Notes under the pieces: generated by a model
Seen by the model: the letters and a program-made list of their open reading frames with translations, nothing else
The model's database searches: none
What the model was told of the DNA's origin: nothing
Shown here: positions 11,401-20,399 of the stretch, one piece after another
Layout of the letters: each line of letters opens with the position of its first letter
Position numbering within the stretch: the stretch's first letter is position 1
NCBI GenBank assembly: GCA_947085765.1
Contig: CAMTXZ010000005.1
Span: forward strand, 13,583 to 77,582
DNA from: an uncultured Chromatiaceae bacterium
Lineage (GTDB): Bacteria > Pseudomonadota > Gammaproteobacteria > Tenderiales > Tenderiaceae
DNA length: 64,000 nt
Reading direction: 5' to 3'
Translations under genes and position numbers: made by a program

Positions 11401-14400
11401 GACGCCGCTGGTCGGGGCGGAGTATGGCGCCGACAGCACCATCGTTGCTGGCGGCAAGTTTGATCTGTTATCACTGCCTGCTGCGGCTGAGGGCGTGACC
11501 CCTTCCGGGCTGGGTGCACGGCTTAAGTTGTCGGGTAGTGAACTTACCCTGGCTACTGCCATTCAACTTCCTTCTGGTGATCTGCGCCTCCATGCCAGCA
11601 GTGGTGATATCCGTCTGCTCGCTGATGCAGCAGTTGATGTCAGCGGCCGGGTAGAAAAGTTTGCCGATGCAGCTGTTACCACGCCGGCTGGCAATGTCTC
11701 GCTCACTGCCGATGGTGGTGATGTGCTCGTCGATCGTGGCGCCATCATTGCACTTAAGGGTGTGACAGGTGGTGAGGCGGGTACCTTGCAGGTCAACGCC
11801 GCTTCCGGCACGTTGCGTCTTGACGGTACCGTGGATGCCCATGATGAAAACGGTAATGGTCTGGCGACAGTTAATCTGGATCTAGGCACGCTGGATGATT
11901 TTTCACAGCTCAATCGCACACTCAATAATAGTGGTTTTGGTGATGGACGCGGACTCCGTCTACGTCGCGGCGATATCACGGTGGCAACGGCTGATGTAGT
12001 GCAGGCACAACGGCTGCACCTGACGGCAGATGAGGGGGCTATCGATGTTTACGGCCATATCAATGCCGCCGCTGCCAAAGGTGGTGAGGTGGTACTGCAA
12101 GCACGGGATGATCTGCATCTACACAGCACGGCGCGTATTGATGCACAGGCTACGGCGGCTGATCAGGCGGGTGGCCATGTCGTGCTCGCCACCACCAAAG
12201 GGAGTATCGCAATTGATGCGGCGGATGTGGCCGATGCCGCTGTGATCGATGTCTCGGGTACTCGCACAGCTGCCGCTGCTGACCTGCAATATGTGGGTGG
12301 CAAGGTGGAGTTGCGAGCGCCACGTACTGCTAATGGTGTTGCGGTCTCATCACTGGCGGGCAATATCAAAGGCGCAGAGTCGATCGCGGTTGAGGCGTTC
12401 AAGAGTTACAGCGCCACTGTTCTCGACCGTTCACTGCAAAACAGGGTGAACAGCGATACTGCTGCTTATATGGATAATGCTGCTGATATCACCACTGCGC
12501 TGCAGATGCAGGGTGATACACGTTTCCGTCTCCGCCCCGGAGTTGAGATCGACAGCACGGGCAGTTTGATCGTTACCGATAGCTGGGACTTCACCGAGGG
12601 TGACTATGAGGGGACACCACAGTGGCGTTATGGCGGTGAATCGGGGGTGCTGACACTGCGCGCTGCCGATCAGCTGGTCTTCAACGAGTCGGTCAAGGAT
12701 GGCATCGAAACCGCTGATATACAGATCTATCCCGATGATCCCTATTCCGTCATGCCGCTGCCCGGACGGCTGCTGAAAGGTGACTCATGGTCGTTCCGTT
12801 TTGCCGGTGGTGCGGATCTCAGTAGTGCCGATCCACTCGCCGTAAAGGCAGGGAAGGGTTCGGTCAGATTGGGGGATGGTGTACAGCTACACAGTGGCAG
12901 TGGTGATATCGCACTGGCCAGTGGCGGTGATCTCAGCTTTGCTGATAGCCGTGCAGCGATCTTCAGCGCCGGGCGCTCGGCCGGTTATGGCTCACTGCCA
13001 ATGGAGTGGATGGCAGGCATATTCCCCGGCCAGTATCCAGTGCGCGGCGGTGATGTGACGCTCGATGTGGCAGGCAATATCAAGGGTGCCGGAACAGATC
13101 AACTCATCACCGATTGGCTGCATCGTATGGGCAACTTTGGTGAAGGGCGCAATATTCCCACGGCCTGGGCGGTGAACTTTAAGGATTATGATGACCAGCC
13201 CCTGTTCAAGCAGAACCTCGGCGTCTTTGGTGGTGGCAATCTGAGTGTTCATGCCGGTGGCAACATCGACCGGCTCTCGGCCGTGGTACCAACCACTGGA
13301 CGTCCTGATGGTGAATACAGTGGCAACTTTGATAACGGTTTCATCACCAACAAGGTGACTGAACTGGGCGGTGGTGGCTCACTCGATGTTAAGGCGGGCG
13401 GCAACATCAATGGCGGTATTTACTACGTCGAGAATGGTGACGGTAAGATCAGTGCCGGCAAGAGCATTCAGGAGGATAAGAGTGGCGTTGCGCCTGTGTT
13501 TGTTCTTGGTGATGCCAAGCTTTCACTTCAGGCGCGTGATGATCTGACGTTAGAGGCAGTGCTTAATTCGATGGTGTTGCCACCCAGTGATCTGGAGCCT
13601 GAAGGACGTGGCCTCTTTGAGTCATTCTTCTTCTCGTATGGTGATAAAAGCGGTATAGATCTTAGTAGTCTTAGTGGTGATGTCACACTACGTAATCAAA
13701 GCAGAGGGCTGACCAAAGATGGCAATTTCCCTAATATCAGGTTTGGCTCCAATGAACTTTTTACTACCACGATCTACCCCGGTGATCTGAGTGTAGCTGC
13801 GCTGCAGGGCAATATTTACATCGACAATTCGTTCACACTCTTCCCCAGCCACAACGGTAATCTTGAGCTGTTGGCCGATGGCAACATCACCATGCACGGC
13901 AGTACATCACAGATCAATGTCAACATGAGTGATGCGGATCCTTTGCTGCTGCCCGGCAGTGGTGATCCAGTGATTTCATCATCCCTAGCCAACAGTGAGG
14001 CACGGCTCCAGTTTTCAGGCGCATCCAGCCTGATACATGCAGCCAAACCATTACATTTGAATGATCAGCAATCGATAGAGATTGTGGCGCGTCAGGGTAG
14101 TTTACGTGGCTCGGAGGATGGTGCATATGCGCTGGCCTTCTATCTGCCTAAGCAGGCGCACCTCGTAGCGGGTAAAGATATTCGTGACATTCTGTTTTCA
14201 GGACAGAATCTATCATCACAGGATGTGACTTTGATAGAAGCCGGGCGTGACATCGCCTACAGCAATCGTCGTGGTGGAGCTGGCCAATTGGCGCCGTCCG
14301 AATCGATTATGTTGCTCAGTGGGCCAGGTCAGTTGGTATTGCGTGCCGGGCGAACCGTTGATCTTGGTACCTCGTATGGTGTGGTGACCAATGGCAATAC

Positions 14401-15652
14401 TAAAAATCTGGCGCTTGATGAGAGCGGTGCTTCCGTTACTGTTGAGGCAGGCATGAAAAAGAGTCCTGATTTCGGTGCCTATCTGAGCCATTACATACCG
14501 TTGGATGCAGCGTTGCGTACGAAGTTAATTGAGGCCGTGCGCAGCACTACTGGAAGGCCGCAGCTGAGTGAGAGTGACGCCTTACTATTGGCCGCGCAAC
14601 TGACACAAGAGCAGCAGCGCCAGCTGGCGCTACCTCATTTTTATGCCGAGTTAGCCAAGGCTTCGCGCCTGGCGGCACAAAGCCAGAACGGCGCGGACTA
14701 CCAGAGTGGTTATGATGCGATTGCCAGCCTGCTGGGTGACACAACTTATCAGGGTGATCTGCGTCTCTATTTCAGTCGTATCCAGACGCTTGATGGCGGT
14801 GACATTAACCTGTTGGTACCTGGCGGCCTGATCAATGCGGGATTGGCCACAACCGGTGGTGGTTTCAGTAAAACGCCCGATCAACTGGGTATCGTGGCGG
14901 TGCGCAGCGGTGATGTGAATATCTATCTCGACAAAGATATGATGGTGAACCAGTCGCGGGTCTTTGCGTTGGATGGCGGCGATATCATGGTTTGGTCACA
15001 GCATGGCAATATCGATGCGGGACGTGGTGCCAAGTCGGCCCTTGCCGTGCCCACCACGCAGGTCTCCTACGATAGCAATGGCAATGTCAAGATAGAGTTT
15101 CCCGCTGCAATTGCCGGTAGTGGCATTCGTAACGCTGCGGCCAGCCCCGGAGTGAAGCCGGGCAGTGTCACGCTGGCAGCCCCTCAAGGGGTTGTCATTG
15201 CCAATGATGCGGGGATCGAATCGGCAGGTGATATTGTCATCCCCGGTGCAGTGTCGGGCAGAGATAACATCAGTGCCGGAGGCAGCAAGGTGGGGGATCT
15301 GAATATTCAGCCGCCAGCTATCTCGAGTGCTATTGCCAACGCCGGCAACGCTTCGGGTAATGCTGCTGGTCAGGACTTGTCTGAAGCCACACAATCGGCC
15401 ACACCACTGGCTGATTCCGCGCTGGCGTTCCTGGAGGTGGAGGTGCTCGGGTTTGGTTCTGCCGCCGCCATGACTGACGTGGCGACCGGATCGACATCTC
15501 CGGCTGACGTAACCACGGCGGACGCTGAAGACGAAAAATCGCGTAAGAAAGACAAAGGCAACCGTCTGGCAAAAGAGAAAGATGATGGACTGCCAGTGGC
15601 AATAGGGAGTGAAAAACCGGCTGGTAGTGTGGCCACCACTAATCCTGAATAA
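5435..15652 (+). CDS. Filamentous haemagglutinin family exoprotein TpsA (3405 aa) with N-terminal TPS (haemagglutination activity) domain
   Basis: Extended signal peptide (MFGLRLGRKKVKNRNAVLRGLRLYMQLLLLGGAFTAVTTARA). TPS-domain motifs ILNWQSFNIGADSKVQFNQP...NANGQVYLINRNGMIFGQGAKVDVGSL. The body is a long Gly/Ala/Val/Asp beta-helical repeat. It is a single uninterrupted ORF. Confidence 0.9.
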   Translation: MFGLRLGRKKVKNRNAVLRGLRLYMQLLLLGGAFTAVTTARADLPARAALPVPCSNSCSAMGGANGWITSGQASLSSSGSTLYVNQQSDKAILNWQSFNIGADSKVQFNQPATTSVALNRIYQADPSKIYGALNANGQVYLINRNGMIFGQGAKVDVGSLTASTLNIDNATFNTVGIIQAVNQGSPAFVAEGPMGSVVIESGAQIQTSEGGRVMVLAPVIENSGTINTPGGQTLLAASQDKVWLMAAGKDDNLRGLLVEVGTGGDVNNFGDIVAQRGNITMMGFAVNQQGILSASTTINSNGSIKLLARDKGQLRKDGSKYVLEGITTERDGKAAHVTFGNSSRTEVLPELNETTTAVDEQKQALSSVDVVARSILVSQGAEIVVPGGNVSLVATANPAVAAQAGTVRNDSRVVLESGSLIDVSGTTSTELAMERNLLQVELRANELADSPLQRDGVLRGKKVTIDIRKGTSIANIQGALDGIKRDVGERLAAGGSINVASEGDVVMAKGATVDISGGEVRYDAGWINTTKLTSEGKIYDIGSATPDQRYDGVLGEYNRSSNKWGVTQTWRILGPIAQGQYESGYVEGKDAGDFKVSASAMQIDGNVEAHVTYGVHQDNPLQLPRLGGLELDLATLGRSGIKYDPAAVSFATHTANSIGNELLNPSDAITIDPRLLQEGGVGRVTLRTNGEVTVPEGTDLRLPAGGELNLSGAAINLDGTITVRAGKVALNTVQTQGLVNRPLSLGEHARIDVSGGWVNEYELSGNDTVITTVGSKPWLIDGGSVTLSAQGDLSLAAGSEISADGGAVVDATGELHAGSGGDINLISRVPLIEGSQITVAGDLHAYAAVTGGSLSIEANSVRIDTAGDAAAGELLLTPEFFQKGGFKSYALTSNLNGITVADGSVVKPQAQTLQLDNDFSKYASGADIRGFSQLTLLPEAQRHSVDLSLTLDQSAAGRVTPALFRIGSAARIETGPEAKLILNSDHSIDIDGTLSTAGGQIALNITATAQKNGTADVFYRPEQGIHLGANAQLLTTGKALYTPNTLGQPLGEVLDGGQVSLTADRGHIVTEAGSLIDVSGTAAMVQIRPQGSISGGIQELIASDAGAIKLTAAEGMVLAGSLSGRAGAAQAAGGDLQVVLDGTTRDAPDVAPPAPLRNFEYSARTITLGSSAVQLPEGWQPGMALPKALNGRAEVNGALVQAGGFDTLTLRANDLQSLIDQKMYRGQINLNNADLNLRRSIVLDAPLINNSGGDSRLAAAYVALSDSGARGAIKPQAATGEGTLEVTAQQVDLIGNVTLQGWRQTRIASDGDMRMRGLLPTISSKEWLGSLNSFSDVQLQAARLYPSTLTQYQVNVTGPDGELHIAAAAQPVSGPLLSAGGKLTLKADNITQGGVVQAPFGEINMVAAKQLVLAPGSLTSTSAAGQVIPFGQTQLGIDWVFPINETNTLLIDTPPAQKISLDAPSVLQKSGAVIDLSGGGDLSAYEFAPGPGGSRDVLAPENSSNLFAIIPGLQGYGPYDPLAFTSSGLRPGDSIHLAAGSGLAAGDYLLLPARYALLPGAFLVTPKAGTQDFGPGQSVAMVDESVIVAGYRTVAGTNVRESRWSGYAVAPGAVAHNYSEYQQSLANQFYSDRAVAKDKQAPLLPRDAGQLEIKVSGELQLDGELRAQKGGQGRGARVDLDAQKLSVVVARGADDGTVQITADNLNALKAESLLLGGRRSESSDGTTLAVSATEVTVRSGAKVNVPELLLAAADAVTLESGAEVAASGEVAATGVTYLLQGDGALLQLSAGAPVAVERNGAKGVNGALNIAAGSTLSASGSMYLESSRDTVMKGALMMQGGTLNLSAKRITLGDAPQSTAGLVLSQQQLSGLHMDHLTLSSRETVDLYGTIDLNMKALTVAATGLIEHGDGADVVSITANTLTLKNSGSSATAVAVDDSATLNVTTADLRLEGGEFKIDGFAATALTANHQVMNAGNGRLSVDGDLTMKTPLVGAEYGADSTIVAGGKFDLLSLPAAAEGVTPSGLGARLKLSGSELTLATAIQLPSGDLRLHASSGDIRLLADAAVDVSGRVEKFADAAVTTPAGNVSLTADGGDVLVDRGAIIALKGVTGGEAGTLQVNAASGTLRLDGTVDAHDENGNGLATVNLDLGTLDDFSQLNRTLNNSGFGDGRGLRLRRGDITVATADVVQAQRLHLTADEGAIDVYGHINAAAAKGGEVVLQARDDLHLHSTARIDAQATAADQAGGHVVLATTKGSIAIDAADVADAAVIDVSGTRTAAAADLQYVGGKVELRAPRTANGVAVSSLAGNIKGAESIAVEAFKSYSATVLDRSLQNRVNSDTAAYMDNAADITTALQMQGDTRFRLRPGVEIDSTGSLIVTDSWDFTEGDYEGTPQWRYGGESGVLTLRAADQLVFNESVKDGIETADIQIYPDDPYSVMPLPGRLLKGDSWSFRFAGGADLSSADPLAVKAGKGSVRLGDGVQLHSGSGDIALASGGDLSFADSRAAIFSAGRSAGYGSLPMEWMAGIFPGQYPVRGGDVTLDVAGNIKGAGTDQLITDWLHRMGNFGEGRNIPTAWAVNFKDYDDQPLFKQNLGVFGGGNLSVHAGGNIDRLSAVVPTTGRPDGEYSGNFDNGFITNKVTELGGGGSLDVKAGGNINGGIYYVENGDGKISAGKSIQEDKSGVAPVFVLGDAKLSLQARDDLTLEAVLNSMVLPPSDLEPEGRGLFESFFFSYGDKSGIDLSSLSGDVTLRNQSRGLTKDGNFPNIRFGSNELFTTTIYPGDLSVAALQGNIYIDNSFTLFPSHNGNLELLADGNITMHGSTSQINVNMSDADPLLLPGSGDPVISSSLANSEARLQFSGASSLIHAAKPLHLNDQQSIEIVARQGSLRGSEDGAYALAFYLPKQAHLVAGKDIRDILFSGQNLSSQDVTLIEAGRDIAYSNRRGGAGQLAPSESIMLLSGPGQLVLRAGRTVDLGTSYGVVTNGNTKNLALDESGASVTVEAGMKKSPDFGAYLSHYIPLDAALRTKLIEAVRSTTGRPQLSESDALLLAAQLTQEQQRQLALPHFYAELAKASRLAAQSQNGADYQSGYDAIASLLGDTTYQGDLRLYFSRIQTLDGGDINLLVPGGLINAGLATTGGGFSKTPDQLGIVAVRSGDVNIYLDKDMMVNQSRVFALDGGDIMVWSQHGNIDAGRGAKSALAVPTTQVSYDSNGNVKIEFPAAIAGSGIRNAAASPGVKPGSVTLAAPQGVVIANDAGIESAGDIVIPGAVSGRDNISAGGSKVGDLNIQPPAISSAIANAGNASGNAAGQDLSEATQSATPLADSALAFLEVEVLGFGSAAAMTDVATGSTSPADVTTADAEDEKSRKKDKGNRLAKEKDDGLPVAIGSEKPAGSVATTNPE

Positions 15653-15673
15653 ATAATCGATGTGGCTCAATTA

Positions 15674-15706
15674 GAGCTGCTCTCTGTTATCGACAGAGAG
15701 CGGCTC
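15674..15706 (+). terminator. Hairpin downstream of tpsA (gagctgctctctg / cagagagcggctc), possible terminator
   Basis: A 13-bp near-perfect inverted repeat lies 20 nt after the TpsA stop and is followed by an A/T-rich tract. The T-run is imperfect. Confidence 0.35.
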
Positions 15707-15831
15707 TATCAATAAAAATTTATTATTTCTGCAACAAAACAGCCGCAAATAAAGTTCCGTTTCGTAACCGCCGTGAAATATAGGGCAGGCACAATGGCCG
15801 CGTTTCAGTTAACCCCGGAAAGATCACTGAT

Positions 15832-17580
15832 ATGAATATTCGCGCATTGTTTGCGGTAGCTCTGATGTTGCTGCCAGTTGTCTCACAGGCTTGGTGGAAT
15901 GACGAGTGGCAATATCGGAAAAAATTGACACTTAATACGAGTGATGAGGTTCAGAATGCGCCGCTTTTGGTGCGCCTGCACACTGGCAACTTCACCTATT
16001 TCTCTGATGTGAAGCCCGATGGTTCTGATCTGCGTTTTGTTGCTGCTGACGATAAGAGCGAACTCAAATTCCATATTGAAAAATTTGATGCTACTAATCA
16101 GATGGCGATGATATGGGTTCAAGTGCCAAAGGTTAAGGCCGGTGAGGCATTGTGGCTCTATTACGGTAATCCGAAAGTTGTTGCCTCCGCTGCCGATGTG
16201 GCGGGTAGCTATGATACTCAACAGGCACTGGTCTATCACTTTGAACCACAGGGTGCGCCGATTGATGCCACTGCCTATAGCAATCAGCCGCAGCAGTTTA
16301 CGGCGCAGCCGGTAGCTGCGTTGATTGGTGCGGGCGCTAAATTTGATGGTAGCAGTGTGATTCAGGTGGCCCCTAGCGCAACGCTGGCGCTTGACCCCGT
16401 CAAGGGGTGGAGTTTTTCCAGTTGGGTGAAGCTTGAAGGGGCGCAGAGCAAGGCTTATGTGATGCAGCTCGGATCTGCACTGTCGGTCGGTATTGATGGA
16501 GCTACGCCCTATGTTAGTTACGGCGATAAAAAAAGTGCGGCTGCGACCGAATTGGCGTCTGGTAGTTGGCACCATCTGGCCGTGACTGCTGGTGCTGGTC
16601 ATGTGGTTCTTTATGTGGATGGCAGCGAGTCAGCAAATATTGCGGCTGAACCGGCGCCGTTGACAGATGTGTTGACCATTGGTTCGGGCTTTAAGGGTGA
16701 GATGGACGAGGTTGAGGTTGCCGCTACAGTGCGCAGCGCCGAGTGGTTGAATTTTGCGGCTGCTGGACAGGCGAGCAATGCCACGCTGCTGACTCTGGGT
16801 GCCGATGAGGCACAGGAGGATGGCGGTGGTGAGGCGGGTGGTTCTTACTTCGGTGTGATTCTGCAGAACGTTACGATTGATGGCTGGGTGGTGATTGGAA
16901 TACTGGCAATCATGGCAGTGATTAGCTGGTTGATCATGATAGGTAAGGGATTCCTGGTTAGCCGTGTGCATCGTGACAACCAGAGATTCATGAATGAGTT
17001 TCGCAAACTCGGTGTTGATAATCCTGGCGCCCTGGATAGCAGTACCAGCGAGGAGGATAAACAGTTTGAGAATGCCCCTTTCCTGATGGCGCTGTTTGGC
17101 AAGCACGATCACTATCAGAATTCGCCGCTATACAACATCTATCACACCGGCATTCAAGAGTTGAATCAGCGTGTCGGCCGTTCGGTCGGCGCCAACAGTA
17201 GTGGTCTGTCGATGCAAGCCGTCGCTGCGATTCGTGCCGCGCTGGATGCCACCCTGGTGCGTGAGAGTCAGAAGCTCAACGCCCAGATGGTGCTGTTGAC
17301 CATTGCCATCAGTGGTGGCCCTTTTCTGGGGCTGCTTGGTACGGTGGTGGGGGTGATGATCACCTTCGCGGCGATTGCTGCCAGTGGTGATATCAATATT
17401 AATGCTATTGCACCCGGTATCGCAGCGGCACTGGTTGCTACGGTTGCGGGTCTTGCCGTGGCTATTCCGGCGCTGTTTGGTTACAACTATCTCGGTTCGC
17501 GTATACGTGACTCGATTGCTGAAATGCATATTTTTGTCGATGAGTTCATCAGCAAAATTGCCGAACATCACGGGAGTTAA
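15832..17580 (+). CDS. MotA/TolQ/ExbB proton-channel family protein with large N-terminal periplasmic DUF2341 + LamG/concanavalin-like domain (582 aa)
   Basis: Signal peptide, then WWNDEWQYRKKLTLNT...DGSDLRF (DUF2341-like), then a LamG-like segment (SWVKLEG...SWHHLAVTAGAGHVVLYVDG). The C-terminal 3-TM region (AISGGPFLGLLGTVVGV...APGIAAALVATVAGLAVAIPALFGYNYL) is diagnostic of ExbB/TolQ/MotA. Confidence 0.8.
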   Translation: MNIRALFAVALMLLPVVSQAWWNDEWQYRKKLTLNTSDEVQNAPLLVRLHTGNFTYFSDVKPDGSDLRFVAADDKSELKFHIEKFDATNQMAMIWVQVPKVKAGEALWLYYGNPKVVASAADVAGSYDTQQALVYHFEPQGAPIDATAYSNQPQQFTAQPVAALIGAGAKFDGSSVIQVAPSATLALDPVKGWSFSSWVKLEGAQSKAYVMQLGSALSVGIDGATPYVSYGDKKSAAATELASGSWHHLAVTAGAGHVVLYVDGSESANIAAEPAPLTDVLTIGSGFKGEMDEVEVAATVRSAEWLNFAAAGQASNATLLTLGADEAQEDGGGEAGGSYFGVILQNVTIDGWVVIGILAIMAVISWLIMIGKGFLVSRVHRDNQRFMNEFRKLGVDNPGALDSSTSEEDKQFENAPFLMALFGKHDHYQNSPLYNIYHTGIQELNQRVGRSVGANSSGLSMQAVAAIRAALDATLVRESQKLNAQMVLLTIAISGGPFLGLLGTVVGVMITFAAIAASGDININAIAPGIAAALVATVAGLAVAIPALFGYNYLGSRIRDSIAEMHIFVDEFISKIAEHHGS

Positions 17581-17583
17581 ACA

Positions 17584-17988
17584 ATGCAGATTCAAGGCGA
17601 GAACCAACCTTACGATGATATCAACGTTACGCCGATGCTCGATTTGGCATATGTACTGCTGGTTATCTTTATTATCATGGCGACGGCGACAGTACAGGGG
17701 ATAAAGGTCAATCTGCCTAAGGCGAGTGCTACGCCAAGTCTTGCCAAGCCGCAGACCAAGGCGATAACAATCACTCCTGAAGGTGTTATCTATCTTGATA
17801 CTTCCCCCGTGACATTGCCAGAGCTTGAGGCGCAACTGCGGCAACTCACCGCTGGCAACCCGCAGCTACCGGTGGTGGTCAAGGCTGATGGTGCTGTTCA
17901 ATACCAGAATGTGGTGAATGTACTGGATCTGCTTGGCAGGCTGGAGATCACCCAGTTGGGGCTGGTGACCCAGAAGCTTGTGAAGTAA
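17584..17988 (+). CDS. exbD: Biopolymer transport protein ExbD/TolR
   Basis: 134 aa; N-terminal INVTPMLDLAYVLLVIFIIM TM helix followed by a periplasmic domain. Starts 4 nt after the ExbB-like gene. Confidence 0.85.
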   Translation: MQIQGENQPYDDINVTPMLDLAYVLLVIFIIMATATVQGIKVNLPKASATPSLAKPQTKAITITPEGVIYLDTSPVTLPELEAQLRQLTAGNPQLPVVVKADGAVQYQNVVNVLDLLGRLEITQLGLVTQKLVK

Positions 17989-18005
17989 CGGCGCGCCTTT
18001 TTATT

Positions 18006-18671
18006 ATGATTGCTAACTCCCGTTATCTGCGCATGCTGCCGGCCATCACCATTGCGGTGGCAGTGGTGGTGGTGATTGCACTGCTGCTGTGGCTTAAACA
18101 GACCCTGTCGGAACCGATGGCTCCGCCCCGGCTGAAAGAGCAACAGATCACGCTGATTAAACCGCCACCACCACCGCCTCCGCCAAAGCCAGAGGAGCCA
18201 CTACCTGAACCAGAACAGAAGGTAGAGACACCTCCGCCTGAGGCAGAGCCACAACCCGATGCTCCACAAGATCAAGCCAGTGATGATGCACCTGCCGGCG
18301 ATGTTCTGGGACTTGATGCCGATGGTGGCAGCGGGGGTGATGGTTTTGGTCTGCTGGGACGCAAAGGTGGCCGTGGCCTGATAGGTGGTGGTGGCGGTGA
18401 TGCTCAGGCCTGGTACTCACGGCGTGTGCAGCAAGGGCTGCTCGATTTTTATAATGGTTATAAAGAATTACGAAAGGGGCGGGGCTATAGCGTCGAACTC
18501 ACCTTATGGCTTGATAGCAGTGGTCGTGTTGAACGCTATCAGGTGGGAAAGGTTGCGGGAGAGGCGACACGCGAGATGATTATTTCAGTGATGGCCGAGT
18601 TGAATAAGTTGCCACCTCCCCCTGAAGGAACTCCACAGCCAGTACGTTTCCGGTTGATTTCACGCGGTTGA
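18006..18671 (+). CDS. tonB: TonB-family energy transducer (proline-rich spacer, C-terminal TonB domain)
   Basis: N-terminal TM anchor, a PPPPPPPPKPEEPLPEPE... proline-rich region, and a C-terminal ~90 aa TonB-like fold (YSVELTLWLDSSGRVERYQV). Confidence 0.75.
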   Translation: MIANSRYLRMLPAITIAVAVVVVIALLLWLKQTLSEPMAPPRLKEQQITLIKPPPPPPPPKPEEPLPEPEQKVETPPPEAEPQPDAPQDQASDDAPAGDVLGLDADGGSGGDGFGLLGRKGGRGLIGGGGGDAQAWYSRRVQQGLLDFYNGYKELRKGRGYSVELTLWLDSSGRVERYQVGKVAGEATREMIISVMAELNKLPPPPEGTPQPVRFRLISRG

Positions 18672-18732
18672 TCGTTGTGACATCTATGTTGATCTGCTCT
18701 TTAAGAAGAGAGAAGTTGGGTTGAGAGAGAAG

Positions 18733-20376
18733 ATGAAAACCTTTAAAGCGAAAAATATTGTTGCAATGGTTGGTTTGGCTATAGCGGCTACAACGTTTTC
18801 TGTGAACGCTGAAGAGTCTGCTCCAGATACTCAACCGCAACCGCAACTACAGCAGACGGTGGGCGATCTGATCAATACACTAGTCAAACAGGGGACGATA
18901 AGTGTTGAGCAGGGTGAGCTGTTAACAACGCAGATGCAGCCCCAGCTAGTAGCTCCACACGAATTGCCGGCACCAAAGTCCCCCGATACTTTGCGTATAC
19001 CCTATGTGCCGGAGTCAATCAGAAATTCGATTCGTGATGAGGTGCGGCTAGGGTTGCGTGAGGAGGTTGTCAATGACATCAAAGGGCAGGCGCAACAGGA
19101 GCGCTGGGGAATCCCTGGCGTTCTGCCAAAGTGGGTTGAGAATTTCAAGATGAAGGGTGATATGCGGCTGCGGTTTCAGTCGGATATCTATGCCAATGGC
19201 AATCCGGCACAGGCCTATGTCAACTTCTCTGAGCTAAATCGGTCCGGTGGTTTTGGCAAGAGTGATAATCCATTTTTGAACACAACCGTTAATCGTAACC
19301 GCGAACGGGCTAGGTTGCGTCTTGGTGTTGATGCCAAGGTCAATGATCAGACGTTGGTTGGTATGCGGTTGGCGACAGGTAGCAGCGGTAATCCGGTATC
19401 AACCAATCAAACGCTGGGAAACTATGGTCGTCCCTATTCTGTTCAGCTGGATCAGGCCTATATGCGTTATAACATATACGATTTTGATGGTTACAATAGA
19501 ATGACGTTGTGGGGTGGGCGCATGCCAAATCCTTGGGTATCGACTGATTTGGTTTGGGACTCTGATCTCAATTTTGAAGGGGTTGCCGGTACATATCGCA
19601 TCAGGTTAGGTGAGGGAGATGGCCTTGCTGATCTGGCCAATTTAAATAAAACACTATTTCTCACCATGGGTGCATTCCCATTGCAGGAGGTTGCACTCTC
19701 GAGTAGAGATAAGTGGTTGCTTGGCGCTCAGTTTGGTAGTGAGTGGATGAGTGAAAGCCAGTCCAGTTTTACAGTGGCGTTGGCTTATTACGATTTCATC
19801 AATATGGTCGGTCAGCGTAATGCCCTGGATAGCAAGCTGAATGATTTTACTGCGGCGCCATTTCTGCAAAAAGGCAATACACTCTACGATATCCGTAACG
19901 ACACCGATTCAGCGACGGACCTCTGGGCGTTAGCCTCTGATTACAAAGAGGCCAATCTGACGATGCGTGCCGACCTGGCGAATTTCTCACCTGTTCATGT
20001 GGTTCTAACGGCTGACTACGTTAAGAATATTGGGTTTAAAGAGGGTGCGGTTTCAGCTTTGACAGGATATTCCGAAAAGGCACGTACCAAGGGTTATCAA
20101 TTACAGCTGGCAGTGGGCTGGCCCCAGATCACCAAACTGGATGACTGGCGTGTCTCTGTCGCCTACAAACATTTGGAACGTGATGCGGTAGTTGACGCCT
20201 TTACTGACTCTGATTTTCATCTTGGTGGTACCGATGCTGAAGGCTGGATTATGGGTGTTGAATATGGCTTGAGGGATAATACGGCACTCAATTTTCGTTG
20301 GCTGAGCGCAGATGCGATTGATGGACCCCCGCTGGGCATCGATGTTTTGCAACTTGATGTCAATGTAAAGTTTTAG
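18733..20376 (+). CDS. Outer-membrane beta-barrel protein (putative porin-like), not a TonB-dependent receptor
   Basis: Signal peptide MKTFKAKNIVAMVGLAIAATTFSVNA, an alternating beta-strand pattern, and a C-terminal ...LDVNVKF aromatic terminus. No plug/TonB-box region was recognised. RBS GAGAGAGAAG before ATG 18733. Confidence 0.6.
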   Translation: MKTFKAKNIVAMVGLAIAATTFSVNAEESAPDTQPQPQLQQTVGDLINTLVKQGTISVEQGELLTTQMQPQLVAPHELPAPKSPDTLRIPYVPESIRNSIRDEVRLGLREEVVNDIKGQAQQERWGIPGVLPKWVENFKMKGDMRLRFQSDIYANGNPAQAYVNFSELNRSGGFGKSDNPFLNTTVNRNRERARLRLGVDAKVNDQTLVGMRLATGSSGNPVSTNQTLGNYGRPYSVQLDQAYMRYNIYDFDGYNRMTLWGGRMPNPWVSTDLVWDSDLNFEGVAGTYRIRLGEGDGLADLANLNKTLFLTMGAFPLQEVALSSRDKWLLGAQFGSEWMSESQSSFTVALAYYDFINMVGQRNALDSKLNDFTAAPFLQKGNTLYDIRNDTDSATDLWALASDYKEANLTMRADLANFSPVHVVLTADYVKNIGFKEGAVSALTGYSEKARTKGYQLQLAVGWPQITKLDDWRVSVAYKHLERDAVVDAFTDSDFHLGGTDAEGWIMGVEYGLRDNTALNFRWLSADAIDGPPLGIDVLQLDVNVKF

Positions 20377-20399
20377 TAACCGTTGCGGAGGTGATTGAG

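Noticed and set aside
5909-15670. Many 60-240-aa ORFs on the minus strand inside tpsA (e.g. 5909..6442, 6848..7393, 8527..9072, 14996..15670)
   Set aside because: All are antisense to a 10-kb uninterrupted GC-rich ORF with clear TPS-domain homology. Their translations are Arg/Pro/Ser/Cys-rich low-complexity sequences typical of antisense frames in GC-rich DNA.
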